Notes under the pieces: model-generated
The model's database searches: none
Seen by the model: the letters and a program-made list of their open reading frames with translations, nothing else
What the model was told of the DNA's origin: nothing
Shown here: one piece after another, positions 37,341 to 51,800 of the stretch
How positions within the stretch are numbered: the stretch's first letter is position 1
How the letters are laid out: the number at the start of each line of letters is the position of its first letter
Made by a program: the position numbers and the translations under genes
Source of the DNA: Sphagnum compactum
Taxonomy: Eukaryota
Length of the DNA: 64,000 nt
Direction: 5' to 3'
NCBI GenBank assembly: GCA_965153455.1
Contig: OZ234493.1
Location: 19,520,213 to 19,584,212 of the forward strand

Positions 37341-40005
37341 TTGAAATGCCAATGGTAAATATCCCTGGCTAAGATGCATTTTAATGAAACAAATTGTAGC
37401 TACATATGCACTTAAGCAATTGAATATGGGCGGTGATTTTTGAGAGCAAACGATAATGCACATTGGTGAAACCTTGTTTTAAATGATTGTTTGTGAGGTG
37501 ATCAAGTAGATGTAAAGGCATGGAATGTGACAAGCATTTATAGGTTGCATTGGAGTTTTTGGTAATTTAATGAACTTGGAAATAAGACCTCAACAATGAA
37601 AGCCTCAACTACAATAAGCATCATGAACATAACTTCAATTCCACATTGTGACAAAACAAAACATCATAGATAAGTAGACCAAAAAAATTAATGGACCAAA
37701 GGGGTTCAAACCCTAATCCTTTTATATCGTCCATTGCAACCCATTTTAGTTGTGCACAATCCACACACATACCATACCATACCATACATGCATGCACACA
37801 TTAATATGTATTACTAATACAAGTTGCATAAATAGTTGCAAATCGCCAACATTAAATCCAGCAGTAATATAAAAGAAACCAATAATCATGTAATGTATAG
37901 AATTTTAAAGAAAAGCAATTGCAACAAGGTAAAAAAAAGTGGGGTGGAAATCAAACCTCCATTCGTTTATATTTTTGTTTATGAGCCTTACCAAAAATTG
38001 GCATACATAAGGTATGAAACTAAAATGCTTCAACTACCAACAACTATAACATCCTCATGCCATTGTAAACTATTGGCACAATAAGAACATTGAAAAAGGT
38101 CAGATTTAAGCATTAAAAGTTTTCCCTATCTTCAATCTTGCTACACACTTTACGATAAACCATAATTAGATTTTCATCACACCCTACTTTTTTTAGTTGC
38201 AAATGACATTTTTTAGTTGCAAAAATTGGTTGCAAACAATATTTTTCTTCTAATGTACCACTATTTCATCCCATGGCAATATTGTAACCCACACTTCCTA
38301 GAAAACATGATTCAACTCCCATTTTTTCTTCTTACATTTGTTCTCTAGATTTTTTGGCTTTGGTTTTAAAGATCCAATATCAAGATCAAAAGAAGGTTCA
38401 ACAATATCGAAAGATCACAATGGTGATAAAGGATAGAAAACAATGAAATTTCAAAACAACAAAATTATGTGTATTGGATTTGACATAGGGACATTAAATA
38501 ACAACTTGTACGTAAAACCTAAAGGCGGTTGTAGTGGCCAAGCTCATCATGAAGACAAATAAACAATGCAAAAGATAGAAAAAAAAAACAACAATCACAA
38601 TTACAAAACCTTTCAAGTTTTTTTGAAATAGTAAATTGCCCCAAGTTTGACCTTTAATGAAGTTTGGAAATGCATTAAAACACAATGAACATTGTACTTT
38701 TGTGTAATGTAAAAAATTAGGAAGGTTTCTGTGTGACATCCATGCAACTTTGGGAAGAGAAAAGGAATATTGATCTATATTTTGCAAGTTCCATTTCACT
38801 CACCCTTGCAACGATCTATAGTTTGATGTCATGAAGGCAAAAAAATCATGTTGCTCCTTATTATTGATCTCCATGATGCACAATAAAGTTTGCAATCTCC
38901 TTCATGTTTAAACTACAATTCAAGCACAATATGTTTTTTATTGATGAAAGGCAATGATCTCTTGTACTAACCTACATAAAAAAAAATTAATGAGCCTCAA
39001 TAGTAGAATGAAAAATGGATGTAATATAAAAGGATGCAAGGTTGAAGAAAGACAACGATGTGAGTTCATCAAGTAGAGTAGTAAAGAAGAGTGACCACAA
39101 ATATTGAAAAGATGGAGAGGGGGAGGAGAGGGAAATGATGTTAAGTGGTTCCTTATCGACATCGATGAGATAGAAAATGAATGGAAGTTACACTCAACGA
39201 GATGACTTTGACTCTTACATGGTGCCCTTTAATTGTATAATCAAGAGCATGACAAACTTTACATCCAACAATTCAAAATTTGGCAAATTGGATGTTTGAA
39301 ATCCTTGGATTTAATAGAGGCATGTAGAAAGGCCCATTGGGAGCTCGCCACTTGGAAAAAAATCACCAAAAAAAAAAACATTGACCCCAAGGCATCCACC
39401 ATTAAAATGAACAAGTAAGGAAATAATAAAGTCCTTGTTTAGCGAACCTAAAAAGATGAAATGGTTAATTCCTTTAAGTCTTTCACTTCCATGTAAGAAG
39501 TAACCCCAAAACAAATAGTAAAGGCCATTTCACCTAAGTGTCATCAAATTCCAAAATCTTGACATCATAAACTTCCAATATCACAAATTTCAATATAATT
39601 TATTCAAAAATCATACAACAATATATATGTGGAAAATCCATGGGCTTCAAAATGTAAAAACAACACAAAAATATATATGTATTACTTCTATATAAATGAA
39701 GTGTCTTTCTTATGTTTGATGTTTTGATGTGAAATACATAAATTATGTTTTAACTAATTTCATACAAAATTTGTATTTACCTATGAACATATAAGACTTG
39801 TGATGGGTGCTTAAAAAAAAAAACCTTGATCTATTTTACTAAAAAGTAAAATAAAATTTCAATAACAATAAAACTAACTTTTGATTGTTATTTTTGGCCC
39901 ACACCACATGGTTTCATTCAATGGTCAAAACATATTGTTCAAAACATTCCTCCCCTACAAAATTGTTCTGATTAAGTTTAATAATGTCAGCAAATTATTG
40001 TAACA

Positions 40006-42370
40006 CACAATGAGAAAAAGGGGTGTTTTGCAATTGGCCTTGCAGTTCAATTTTTGAGTTATATCGAACACTTGCAACTCACTGTATTTATACGTTGTGA
40101 GTGTTACCAGACAAGTTGCAAGAGTTACAAGAGTTGTAATTCACTGTTTATATGATGCAACTCATTCCAACTCAATTATAACTTTGTCGCAACAATTCTT
40201 TTTCAACTATTATGCAACTCCCCTATGACTACAATTATAATGTCATGTTGACATCATTTTTCATCCATCCATCAAAATTTAACATGTGGCACTATGAATA
40301 TTTTTAGTGATTTTTTTGAAATATTAATATCCATCGTCCATTATGATTATTCATCTAGATGGTCTTGGATTATGACACGTGACACAATCAAAAAATTTCA
40401 CGTGGCATATTAATTGAATTTTGGAAATAAATATATATATGTACCTAGGTAGGTCAGTACATAACCATAGGTAGGTAAGTTGATATAGCTCCAGCCTACC
40501 TACTTACTTTCCTATTTACCTAACTACTTACTATTTAAGTAGGTAGAAAAGCAAGACCTACTTATTTGGATAGGCAAATAAGTACATAGGAAGGTAGAAT
40601 ATTAGACGAATAGGTGAATTAAAAAGTAGCCACATAAGTTTTTTAGTTTGTTATGTGTTTTGCCTTTAGGGTTAAACTTTTATGAACTCATCCCAACATT
40701 GCACATGTATTTTAATGTGAGAATGCAAGAGGAGACCCCTCCTTTTATATAATTTGTGAAATGAAATATTGAAGACAAAACATATGGGTAAAATATTTTA
40801 ATGGCACCCTAGTTGCAATTAAATTGTAACTACAAAAAATAAATTTCCACATGTTTTCTGTTTGATTTTAATTTTTTTGTTTGAAATTTATAATTAATTA
40901 TCTAGATTGATTACATGAATCAATTAATATAATTCAAATAATTAGTTAGTTGATTGATTCAAATAATTAATTATCAAAATAAGTATCATATAATTGATTA
41001 TCAAAATAAATATTATATGATTAATTATGTTGATAATTGATGATTTGAATTCAAATAAAATTCAATAACTATTCACCTACATTAACAAAGTTTCTTATTT
41101 ATAGTTTTATTTATTTATTAATTAAATTTATATAATTTGTTACTGAATTTAAGTAATTAGTTATTAGATAATTAATTAATTATTATACTAAATAATCAAA
41201 TTTGATTAATGAATTCAAATGAATAATTTATTATTTAGTTTATTTAATTAGTTCATAGTAATTAAATATATTACATATTAATTACTAATATTTAAATTAA
41301 TAACAAATAATTCATTATGAAATATTAAATAATAAACATGAATTTGAATAGAAGACAGTGAGGTATATAAATACATATTCATATGTACACCCTTATTGAA
41401 TGTTTAATAAAATGTACACATTGTTTTTAATTTCAATTCAAAAATCAACTTTCACCTTTCATGAAATTTTATGGTTTGATATGTATGTATACCAACATAA
41501 TATTGTGAATTCCAACGTAATGAAATATTATTAACACAACAATTGAACATCAATCACAAAAATGGAATTATAATATTTGTTGCAATTTCAAATTTTAGTT
41601 ATTTAGATCATTATGAAAATGAATTATTTTAATTAATTAATACAATAAAAGAATCGACTCATATCAGTGAAGCATTTATTAATCTAGTCTGGAAAAATTT
41701 GAAATGTATAAGCAATGATATCTATATTTACATACTCATAAACATTTTAATATACCATTCTAATCCAATTGAAGGCCTATATTTACACTTTCAATGAATT
41801 GTACAATCTATAAATCTTTTAATAGTACAAGTTGCCACATAGTTGACAACTAATTCTAAATGAGTCGAACATTTTAGTTCCAAAATAGTGGACAAGTAAT
41901 AATTATGTAGTGAAACCGTAGTGGCACATTTAGTTGTAAACCAGCTAATTTAGTTGACTCTTAGTTACAAACAAGTTGCAAATTCCAAATGTTATGGATG
42001 TTTACCTAGTCATACATGTGACATGATCATACACATCAATGTCGTACGCCAATTGCAAAGTAATTGTTCACTCAACATTAAAGCTACACCAGTTGCAACA
42101 CAATTGACATTAACCACTTTGTTGCATTTGTGATCATGGTCAAAGTATGGTAGACTATCATCGTATTTACTTTGTGTGTATATGCCCATATAAAGTCCAA
42201 GTTGCAACTATTGTGCAACTAAATTACAACTATGAAATATTCTAACATGACATTTTAATTAGTAATTCATCATATTTCCATACTATAGTTGTACCCTAAT
42301 TACACAATAATTTCCATGACGATCAAGTTGCATGTTGGTCTAGTCTTGACGAACATAATTTCTCAGAATG
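40006..42370. mobile_element. Non-autonomous CACTA-type DNA transposon (2.37 kb) with ACA TSD
   Basis: aca|CACAATGAGAAA ... TTTCTCAGAATG|aca: both ends are decayed CACTATGAGAAA, with the same 3-bp flank. Many subterminal GTTGCA/TGCAAC motifs and an extremely AT-rich core. Confidence 0.65.
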
Positions 42371-45300
42371 ACATGATAACAAATATCTTAATTAGGATAT
42401 TGTAAACACTCCTTAACAAAGTCAAGGGATGTTAATTACTTTATTAAAGATTTGCCCCCCTTCTTCGGTATTAAAATTCACCCCCCTAAGTTAAATTAGT
42501 TGAAAGTTTTCCACAATTTAGAATCTCCATAAACAATTTCAAAAAATTGAAAACCGTAATTTCCAAATTCTCTTGAAAAATGTTTGTGAGGTTCTATTCC
42601 TAACTAGCAAGGTGTTTTTTTTGACAAGTAAAAATAGTTTTAATTACTTTTTTAATGGTCAAGTCGATCATTTTTTCAAAAGAGTTAAAGTTAACAAAAT
42701 TGTTACAAAAATCTATGCCAAACTAAAATGGCACAAAAAAGTAAGGGATGATGTTGCAGAAAATTAGTTTTAAAATGCAATGGTGGTAAGCAATGGTAGC
42801 TAGGATACAATGTCATGTATGGAATTTGTAGCCTTAGAATTTTTTTTAAAAAATTTCATTTATTGCAAGGTAGCTACATCTGGACCATTATATTTTAGGT
42901 CTTTCACCACCTTTTGATAATGAACACAACCAAAGGATCACATAGGCACACATATTTCATCACCAACTTGTGTTCCATAGTTTATAGGTTTTACCAGCAA
43001 GTTCCAACAATTCAACATTTTTCAAAGTACCCACTTGTTTAGGTTTTTTTTTGCTTATGTTTTTCAAAGTTCATTTTTTATGAACAAATGGGTGATAGCT
43101 TAAAGGTTGAAGCTTGAATTCTAAAAGACCAATTACTACTTACATTTTTTCCATAACCATTTAACACATTTAATGTAGTTTAGGATATGGGACCTTTTGC
43201 CAAAAACTTATGTAATTTGGTTGGATGTAATCGATAATAACTTGTATAAATTGGGCCATTTTGTCAATTTTTGAATTGATGCATGTTGTTAAGTTGTAAC
43301 CATATTTAATTCAATGGTAGGCATTATTAGCACATTTGTGCAACTTCAAAATATTAGCCTTAACCACATAAACCATGTCACTAACTTCATTGCTAGACAA
43401 TAAAAAGCCTTTTTAGATTCCAAGATTGAGTCATCACATGCGTCAACTAAATAAGATTTGGCATAAAAAACTTGAAATATACCCCTATAATGTTTTTTAA
43501 GTAACTAACTTTTTTCCATCTTTAATTAACATTTGAATAGAAACAGTCTTATGGATCTTTCTATGAAATTGGAAAAAAATGTGAATTAAGTATCATCATA
43601 CCTCAACTAATTTGAGGTAGACGCATTATTTGGAGCCTCCAAATCCTTTTATGAAATTTCTATAAGCTTTTTTTGGGCATTGGACATTATTTTTTCACCC
43701 TCTCATCTTGTAGGTTGGCTTGCAATTGACCTTGGCAAGGGTCACCTTTTTTTCAAACTTCTCACATGCTCCTTTCTTTTTTTCCTATTTAACTTAACCT
43801 AATCCAACATTGCAATCTTTGAGTTTGCTTAGAGTTAATGCCAGGTGCCCCATCCAAAAGGCACATAGTTGAACTACCATTGTGTTATCTTTATTTTTTT
43901 TACAATCATGATATTTATTTGATAAAGTTACAAGGCTCTTTTTTATTCCATTTAAGTACCTAATACATGATGGGTAAAGCCATATCTATAGAACTATACT
44001 ACAACTATTCAAACCTCTTCATAAAACCTTTCCGTGATGCCGTGCTCTGCCCATCATACTCTAAGAATTACATTCTAAACATTAAAATCAACTCCTTCCA
44101 AGTTGCCTTTTGCAAGGAATCCTTTATTTTTCATCCACGCATCTACAAATATAGATTCTCCATTGATTCTTCAAAGGTTCAATATGTTTGTAAAAAATTC
44201 ACACATAACATACACACAAGGTTCATCTTTTTTTTCTTTAAAAAAATAAAAATGGTGTACCATTTTTTATATATTTAGACTTGTGAAGCCCTTTTAAGTT
44301 TTCTTCTTTGCCTTTTATACTAAAACTTAATGATTACATTTCCCTAACATTCTTTAACAAAATTTTAAATGAATACTATCACTTTCTGCCATTGTTAGTT
44401 TAAGAAATTCTAGCATGCCAAGTTGAATGCCTATTGCTATTGATATGCAAATTTTTAAAAAATATCTTTGTATGTATGTGCTAGTTTTATGATGTTGTTT
44501 AATTATTTTTTGGTTTGTCCAAACACAACCTAATCACCTATCCTTTCCTAGTATCCCAACTTACTTTAAGCTTCTACAATTGACTTGCCTACCTTTTTAT
44601 ATTGACATGAAGTAATCCCATTACCTCTCACATGGTATCCTTCTAGGTCCTCTTCAGTTGGTTCTTGCAATCAAGGTTAGTGAGCAAGCCATAATTAAAA
44701 TAAGACTTCACCTTTCCTCTACACTCATCCTTAGGTCTCACCCACATAATCATAGGTTAAGATTAGAAATCTCTTTCATCAAACTAGTCATTAGCACTTT
44801 CTTTCCTCTCGAATAAATATTGAGAGATAAATTAAATTAGTTAATTCTTGATACTACTAAAAAAAACCTCTAAATTAACCGATATCAAAAGATTATGAAA
44901 ATAATCCAATTTTCACATCGCTAAAAAACCAAGTAAACGGGTGCCATGTATTACTTCCCTTCTCCTCAACACATTACACCCTCCCAAACCCACATGTGAG
45001 ATGTGTTCCACCACATTGAAATCTCCCCTTAAAATCCAATTGTTCACAACCACCTCAACCATTTTGAACAATTTTCACACTATAGAAGTTAAAAAGAAGT
45101 CCTAACCATAATACCATGAAATCCTTCTTCAAGAGAAACCAAATTTAAGCCGATGCCTGTAGACTCACAAGATTGTCTCTTTTACTTCTCCCTTTCCGCT
45201 CACTCACCCAATTGTCCTCCTCTTCCTTTCCAATACACTTAAGAAACAAACTTTGAGCCAAGGCTATAGGACATTATAGTTGTTTAGACCAATCCACACG

Positions 45301-47975
45301 ACAAATGGGTGGTATTAGTCCCTTGTTATAGATCATTTAGATTAATGTGACATGTGCTATTGGCCAAGTGCAAACTCTAAAAATTTTGATTTTGATTTTT
45401 TAAAATTTATTTTTTCTAATGATAAAATTATTCAAAATTCAATATCTCCCCCACTGTTGGTCTAAAAATTTACAAAAATACCTTCACAAAATTTTACTCA
45501 TTGAGCACTTTCCAACAATACCAAAAGAGCACCCCCAATTTTCCTTAAAATAATCATTTTTAGTTTTATTGAATTTTCAATAACAAAATTGTTGAACATT
45601 AAGTAGTTCTTGCATTGTAGGTCTAAACATTATGAAACCACCTCCATGCGCCCCTACTTGTTGAAGGCCCCCTACTTGTTGAAGGCTTTGGACAACAGTA
45701 CCAAGAATGCAGGGGGTGATATTGTGATGGAGATCTCAACTTGACAAAGCAAAACAAACAAACCACAAATGGACAGATTGTACAAACCTCCTGTAAGGCC
45801 AATTTGTATTGTAGAATTGTTGCTTTGGCTCCAGACAAAGTATGGGTACATTCCTTTCCTGGCCAAAAAAAAATGTGGGTTTTTTTCTAAACATAAGAAA
45901 TAAGAAGAAACCCTGTATAATTTTTTTAATTAATAAAAAAAATTAAAAGAAAAAGAAATAGAAATAGACATAGTGTCCTTAGACTAAACCAGGGTGTCTA
46001 ACTGAGTTCAGACTCAGATTTAACATTTCCCAGGTTTTATATAGCCTCCAAAATGCCTCACACAAGCAGTTGATGGTAGGATGAAAAAGTGTTTTCCTGT
46101 CCATCCACCCATCCATCCATCCATCCCTCATGATGTCCCCAGCTTTGTTGCAAATCAGTTACGAAACAAAAATTCATACTGTGTAAATTGTTGTTGAGTC
46201 TGCAGGTATGGAAACAATCCCAGGTCTGGTAGTACTTAATAGTAGGTGTTGGTAGATAGGTAGGTAAGTAGGTGTGAGTGGGTAGGTAGATAGGTAGGTA
46301 AGTAGGAGTGGGTGGGTAGGTAGATAGGTATGAGTTCGAATGTAGGAGCCCTTTGTTGCCCTGCGTGTAGAATCGTTAAATATTTTTTTCAGTTATATGA
46401 TGTTGTGTCATTGGCTTGCATCCAAAGAAGGATTTCACATTAATTAATTAATGACATGTTTTTAGAACCTGTCTGATGTAAACCGGCCCCCATCATCGAG
46501 CACCTGTCTGTGACCAAACACTTTGACAAATCTTTCTCAATTCTTCTCCATCTTGAGTGATTTAAAATGTTTTATGAGCGCCTTCTCAAGCTCTACAAAT
46601 CATCTTCGAAATGCAAAGCCAGAAAAGATCAGCCCAAAAATATGTTTTTTTGAATTGCAAAACTGTTTTTTTTTAATCTTTTTGACTCGCTCTACTTTCA
46701 AACCATATAACTTTCTTATTTCTTTATTCATTTAAAATGATTTAAAAGTGTTATAAGAGCACCGCCTGAAGTTTTACAAAATCATCTTTGAACTCTAATA
46801 GCTATAAAGTAACATAAAATGAAAATTTGGAGTGTTCAGGAACCAGCCTTTGTAATGTTTGGTGGTTTGTTTTTTTGAGTTCTTAAGCCCCTTTACTTTG
46901 GGGGCTGTAACTTTCTCATTTCTAATCTGTTTCCAACGATTATTAGTGTATCAAATGTGCCAAGAGGCAGGGTTCAAATTTTGTTTGGACACCAAAAACA
47001 AAGGGAGCCCTCCCCTTGGATCTGGCCTGCCCTGAGCACTTAAGTGTTCGATCACCAACCAGTCTACCCTAGAGTGTAAAAAAAAAAAGTTTTAAACATG
47101 CTACCTAATTGAAGTCAGAGTCCAAATGAGATGTCCAAAAAAAAAACTTTTTTTTGAAAAATTTGGCAAAGTAATGGGATAGAGTATTATTGCCTTTTTA
47201 TTTTTCAGATAAAAATCAGTTATGGAATTTTTGTATTTATGAATTTGGTTGTTGTTGTAGTTTTTTCTGTTGTTTAGAAAGTTTCAAGCTACAGGTGTGG
47301 TAGTAAAACTACAGAAGGAGTTGGTAGGTAGGAGACGCTGGGCAGGTAAGTAGCAGTTGATAGTAGGTAGCTGGAGTAGGTAGGTAGGTAGGTAGGTACC
47401 CTGCCTGCAAACTGTCTGCCTGCCTGATCAGTTATGATTCTGTGTTTGTGAACTTTTGTTGTTGTTGTTTGTGTTGCTGTTGTTGCTGGTGGTGGTGGTG
47501 GTGGCAGACGCGGTTTTCAGGACAAATGGCAGTCACGACGAGCATTGAAGTCCTTACCACCCACCATAACTTACTCATGAATGAGAGTAGTAAAGATTGT
47601 CACTGCATCGTCCCTCCCTCCTTCCCTTCCCTTCCCTTCCCTTCCCTTCCCTCCCTCCGGGTTGATTCCCTCTGCACATCAATCACCATCTCCTCCAGCT
47701 GCTAAGCTTACTAGGCTAGGAGTCCTTCATCACTCACTGCGCAACATAAACGGACAAATGACGTGCGCTTTTATTACAACAAAGTTTCTCATAATAATAA
47801 TAAAAATAATAATGATCTCTAGTCACGCCGTGACTCATGATTCAACGGGTGGCACTGCAACCAAATCAATTAGGCCTTAATTACAGCGTGGTTGCTCCAG
47901 TAGTAGAGACTGTGTTACTGTAGTAGTAATAGTAGTAGTTTTTTCATTTCCATCCATTCCAGCTTCCAGTTCTCG

Positions 47976-47981
47976 TATATA
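47976..47981 (+). promoter_or_regulatory. Probable TATA box of the HRGP gene
   Basis: TATATA about 70 nt upstream of a GTGAGT donor at 48053, which opens a 5'-UTR intron ending TGCAG at 48225. Confidence 0.5.
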
Positions 47982-48247
47982 TTTGTGTTGCATTTCCTCT
48001 TCTCATAAGCAGCAGGAACTCGCAGCCGCAGCGGCAGCAGCTCAGCTTCGAAGTGAGTGTGTTATTACAGCAGCGATCGATCAACAGCTGGGTGGGTTTC
48101 CAGCTCGGTCATTGCAGTAGTACTCGCATACAGCTCGTAGTTGCTGCTAGCTTTTGTCTCTTTAAGCTCCGTTTGTGTCGTAGTTTCTTTTCGGGTCTTT
48201 CTTTGGAGGACGTGGTTTTCTGCAGTTGTCGTCTCAGTTTGCGCAAG

Positions 48248-48898
48248 ATGAAGGGAGGTATGGCCGTGTTTCTGTTGTTTCTGGCTGCGGTCGGCTGTGT
48301 GTCTCTGGGAGCAGAGAGTCGTCCTCTGCTGAGGGGCACGATGAAGGACCTAGGCGCCATTGCGGGGCTACTGCCCAGTTGCTCACCAGAGTATGCCCCA
48401 GCTCCAGAAGACTACTATCCGTCTCCATCTTACAGCTCCCCATCGCCTGCGTATTCATCACCATCTCCGGTTTACTCTTCTCCATCTCCAGTCTACTCTT
48501 CCCCATCACCAGTATACTCTTCCCCATCACCAGTATACTCTCCATCACCCGTCTACTCGTCTCCATCGCCAGTGTACTCATCTCCTTCACCAGTCTACTC
48601 GTCTCCATCACCTGTGTACTCTTCTCCTTCACCAGTCTACTCGTCTCCATCACCCGTGTACTCTTCTCCTTCACCAGTGTACTCTTCTCCTTCACCAGTG
48701 TATTCTTCTCCTTCTCCAGTGTACTCTTCTCCTTCTCCAGTGTACTCTTCTCCTTCACCAGTGTATTCTTCTCCTTCTCCAGTGTACTCTTCTCCTTCAC
48801 CAGTGTATTCGTCTCCTTCCCCAGCGTACTCGTCTCCTTCCCCAGCGTACTCGTCCCCTTCCCCAGTCTACTCTTCTCCTGCACCTGGAGGGTACTAA
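48248..48898 (+). CDS. Secreted extensin-like hydroxyproline-rich glycoprotein, 216 aa, (YSSPSPV)n
   Basis: Signal peptide MKGGMAVFLLFLAAVGCVSLGAES, short spacer with one Cys, then 22 heptads, ending GGY*. Third codon positions vary among repeats while the amino acids are conserved, which identifies this frame as coding. 5'-UTR intron 48053-48225. Confidence 0.9.
   Translation: MKGGMAVFLLFLAAVGCVSLGAESRPLLRGTMKDLGAIAGLLPSCSPEYAPAPEDYYPSPSYSSPSPAYSSPSPVYSSPSPVYSSPSPVYSSPSPVYSPSPVYSSPSPVYSSPSPVYSSPSPVYSSPSPVYSSPSPVYSSPSPVYSSPSPVYSSPSPVYSSPSPVYSSPSPVYSSPSPVYSSPSPVYSSPSPAYSSPSPAYSSPSPVYSSPAPGGY
48431..48889 (+). repeat. Coding 21-bp tandem array, 22 units (one 18-bp unit)
   Basis: 459 nt = 21x21 + 18; consensus TAC TCT TCT CCT TCA CCA GTG. 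Confidence 0.95.
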
Positions 48899-51800
48899 AA
48901 CTGGAGGGAAAATTATGGTCAGTCAGATGCGAGTGTCAAGGTATGTGCAAATGTATGGGAAATGCATTACTTGATGAGACCCTTCTTTTTCTTATTCTGA
49001 AGCTCAATAGTTCAGGTTTAGGAGAGCTCTTGATAGCTGGCGTTAGATGCATGCGCATGCAGGTCATGGTAATTTTGCAAGTAATGGAGCTGATGAGTCC
49101 CAAGGGCAGTGATTCAAGACCACATGAATCCTCAGTGTTTCTGCCAATGTGGGCTTGGTTTGCAGGTAATAAGCCGAGAGCTATGCCGGTGTATCTGGAA
49201 GATGTTGTGAAGAGAAGAACCTCGGTAGGCTGCATTATTTCTGGAGAAAGTGAGATTCTTCCTATGGAGCTGTGACATAGTTCACGAAATTTTCCGAATA
49301 AACAGGGGGACTGGGTGCATAGCTGCTTGATCAATATTCTTGGTGAAAGCTTTGATTGGCGTTTTCAGCTACTTCTCTAGGATGATGGATGGGATGGGTG
49401 GAGAAGCCAACAAAATCTTTATTTCAGTAAATTTTTTTCTCTCTGAGTTTCCATAACATTTTTAGGAATCTGTTATATTTTGACACTTGCCAAGGAAAAC
49501 AGAAAAGCCCAGCTGCTGCATTCATTTGTTTGTTTGATGGTAGTCGTCATTCTTTTGTGTCAAGTTCATTGCAGCAGCCAGTCCATCAAGACTCTTGATT
49601 CAAAAATCAGTGCCCTTACTGGTATTGTTGTGCTTTCATTAACTGGCATCTTGGTTCTGCCTTTAAAATGACATCAATAAGGACGATTAACATGGAAATG
49701 CATTTCAACATGGAAAATCCATCACCATACAGTTCCATCATTTCCACCTATGACCATTCTCCAGATTGTGTCATTTTCTAACGATATATTACATGAAATA
49801 AATCTTCCTGTGATGATCATACACTTATAATGTGTCTGTTGAAAATGGTTTTGAAAAAAATGGCGTTCACTATGCCACCCAAGACCTTAAGGTCGTGCAT
49901 CAACAGCACACTTGCCCCACATTATGTTGGGTGAGTTGCCTAGCTCCCCTTAAAAAGCATGTGTGGGCACACCACTGAATGCATGAATATCATTCTATAG
50001 TACATGTACAATAACTGGAGATTTCTCTCTTCACACTGTTGCTTGTTGCTAGTCTACTTAGTCAATTCATATCAAAGTCCTGAAACTTCTTCCTCTGCCA
50101 TTCCCAGTAAACAGCATAGTTATTTCTGGTTTTTTCCCCGCTTAGCTTTCGTGTTGTGGTTCTTTCATTCTCGGTTTTGTTTATCCTCAGTAATGACTTG
50201 ACGAAAATGTGTTAACCTTGTTTATGCCTCTTCTTAGGAATGGACATTTCTTACAAGAAAATGTATTTGAGAGTTTGTGAACACCAGCGTTGGGGAAAAA
50301 CAAATTAACGGATTTGTGGCACTGGCTTGTCCAACAAATTCTCACTTTTCAGAGTAAATGTCCAACAAAATTTTGATAATGTCCAACTTATCTTCCAAAT
50401 TGTGTAATGTTCAATTCCTTCTTATCCCCCTGTTCATCTCTCATGCACGGTTATGAACATGACATTGCACTAATTCTGTGCCATATTCTTATCATATATC
50501 ATTCTTGTAATCTTGCAACACAAATCGTGTGACACTCTACTATGTTTATAACAATCTTGGACATGTTTTGGACATGTGACATGCATCATTTCAAGTTTTA
50601 TCATCATCAAGTTAGAATGCTTGGGTCTTTGTTGGATTATAAAATTGTATTATGTAAGATATCAGAAAAACCTAAACTCATGCATTCACAAATTAGTAAC
50701 ACAACTCTCATTTGTAATGCAATATTCTGATGCAATTCTGACTCAATTCGTGCAAGCCATAGGGCATACACATCCCAAGAGAAGAAATGGACACCAAAAA
50801 AAGAGGGACCAAGAGGAGAATTACTAGAATGATTTTGCTTCCATGAGGGCACAAATGATAAGGGCACCATAACACACATGGCTACTCCAATCTTTAACTC
50901 CACCCTAAACTTACACCACACATTGTACCCCATCATTCAAAATTGTGTGTATGAGAAACATATGCAAGTGGATTGATAGGTGCATTGGATATCCACAAAG
51001 GATTTGCAAAGACAAATGGGAAATAGTGGATTACCTATGAAGGAATGACGTCTACTAATGGGTGATAAGTGAAAGGCACTCATATTTTTAATAATTGAAG
51101 AGGTATCAAATGCATACCACCATGGCAAGTTCTCATTTTCTAGTTCCAATGATGAGTAATTGGAACTCATATAAGGGGGATTTTTTGGAATCCTTCTTAT
51201 AGTTGTCCATAACATTCCAAAGACAATTTTAGAAATAACTACCTCATTTTCAAGCCTAATTACTTCCTTTTTTTTAATAACTACTTCCTTTTCCTATTAA
51301 CTTTCTTAATAATTATTTCCCATTGTTCATAATAATTACCTCACCCTTTTTCCCTATCCAACAACATGGATATGAAAAAACAAATTAACATGTGTCTTTT
51401 CATGTCCATGAAATGCATATTAATTTAAATTAAACTTGACATTGACATAAATAATGACAAATTATTGAAAATCATATGAAAACATCTTTAAAATTAGAAA
51501 GGGTTGATTGTCAATGGTAGTGCACAACAATGTAAAGCTCAAATAATTAACAAACAATTTAGGCAAAGGAAATAACATTTTTAAAATGTATTTGAATACA
51601 AAAGGAAAAAATCACCACCTATAATCAAACACCCCCATTGTTAAATTCAAACACAAATGTTTCAATCAGTTGAAAAAAAGAGTTTATATGGATTCAACTT
51701 AGTTAAATCACTTAACTAAGTTAACCACCACAAAGTGTTGAGGATTTTTTGTTCTTGTCTTCTTCTCCAATTTTTCACTTATTAATGATCGCCCTTTGCA

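Noticed and set aside
42430-44900. Decayed transposon coding region (also 38400-39560 and 29000-29750)
   Set aside because: The composition suggests old TE sequence, but I could not read a diagnostic motif, so no family was called.
46475-47070. MITE with degenerate TIRs (gtaaaccggc..atcgagcac / gtgttcgatc..ccagtctacc)
   Set aside because: The inverted match is too weak and there is no TSD, so the ends could not be defined.
48431-48889. YSSPSPV heptads as an RNA polymerase II CTD (YSPTSPS)
   Set aside because: The register differs, there are no RPB1 domains, and the ORF starts with a signal peptide. The resemblance is convergent.
48431-48889. CRISPR-like array
   Set aside because: The units are contiguous with no unique spacers, the array is coding, the context is eukaryotic and there are no cas genes.
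48226-49275. Long overlapping ORFs (349 aa +, 204 aa +, 216 aa -) over the HRGP array
   Set aside because: These are shadow frames of a stop-free tandem repeat. Only the YSSPSPV frame shows synonymous-type variation and a signal peptide.
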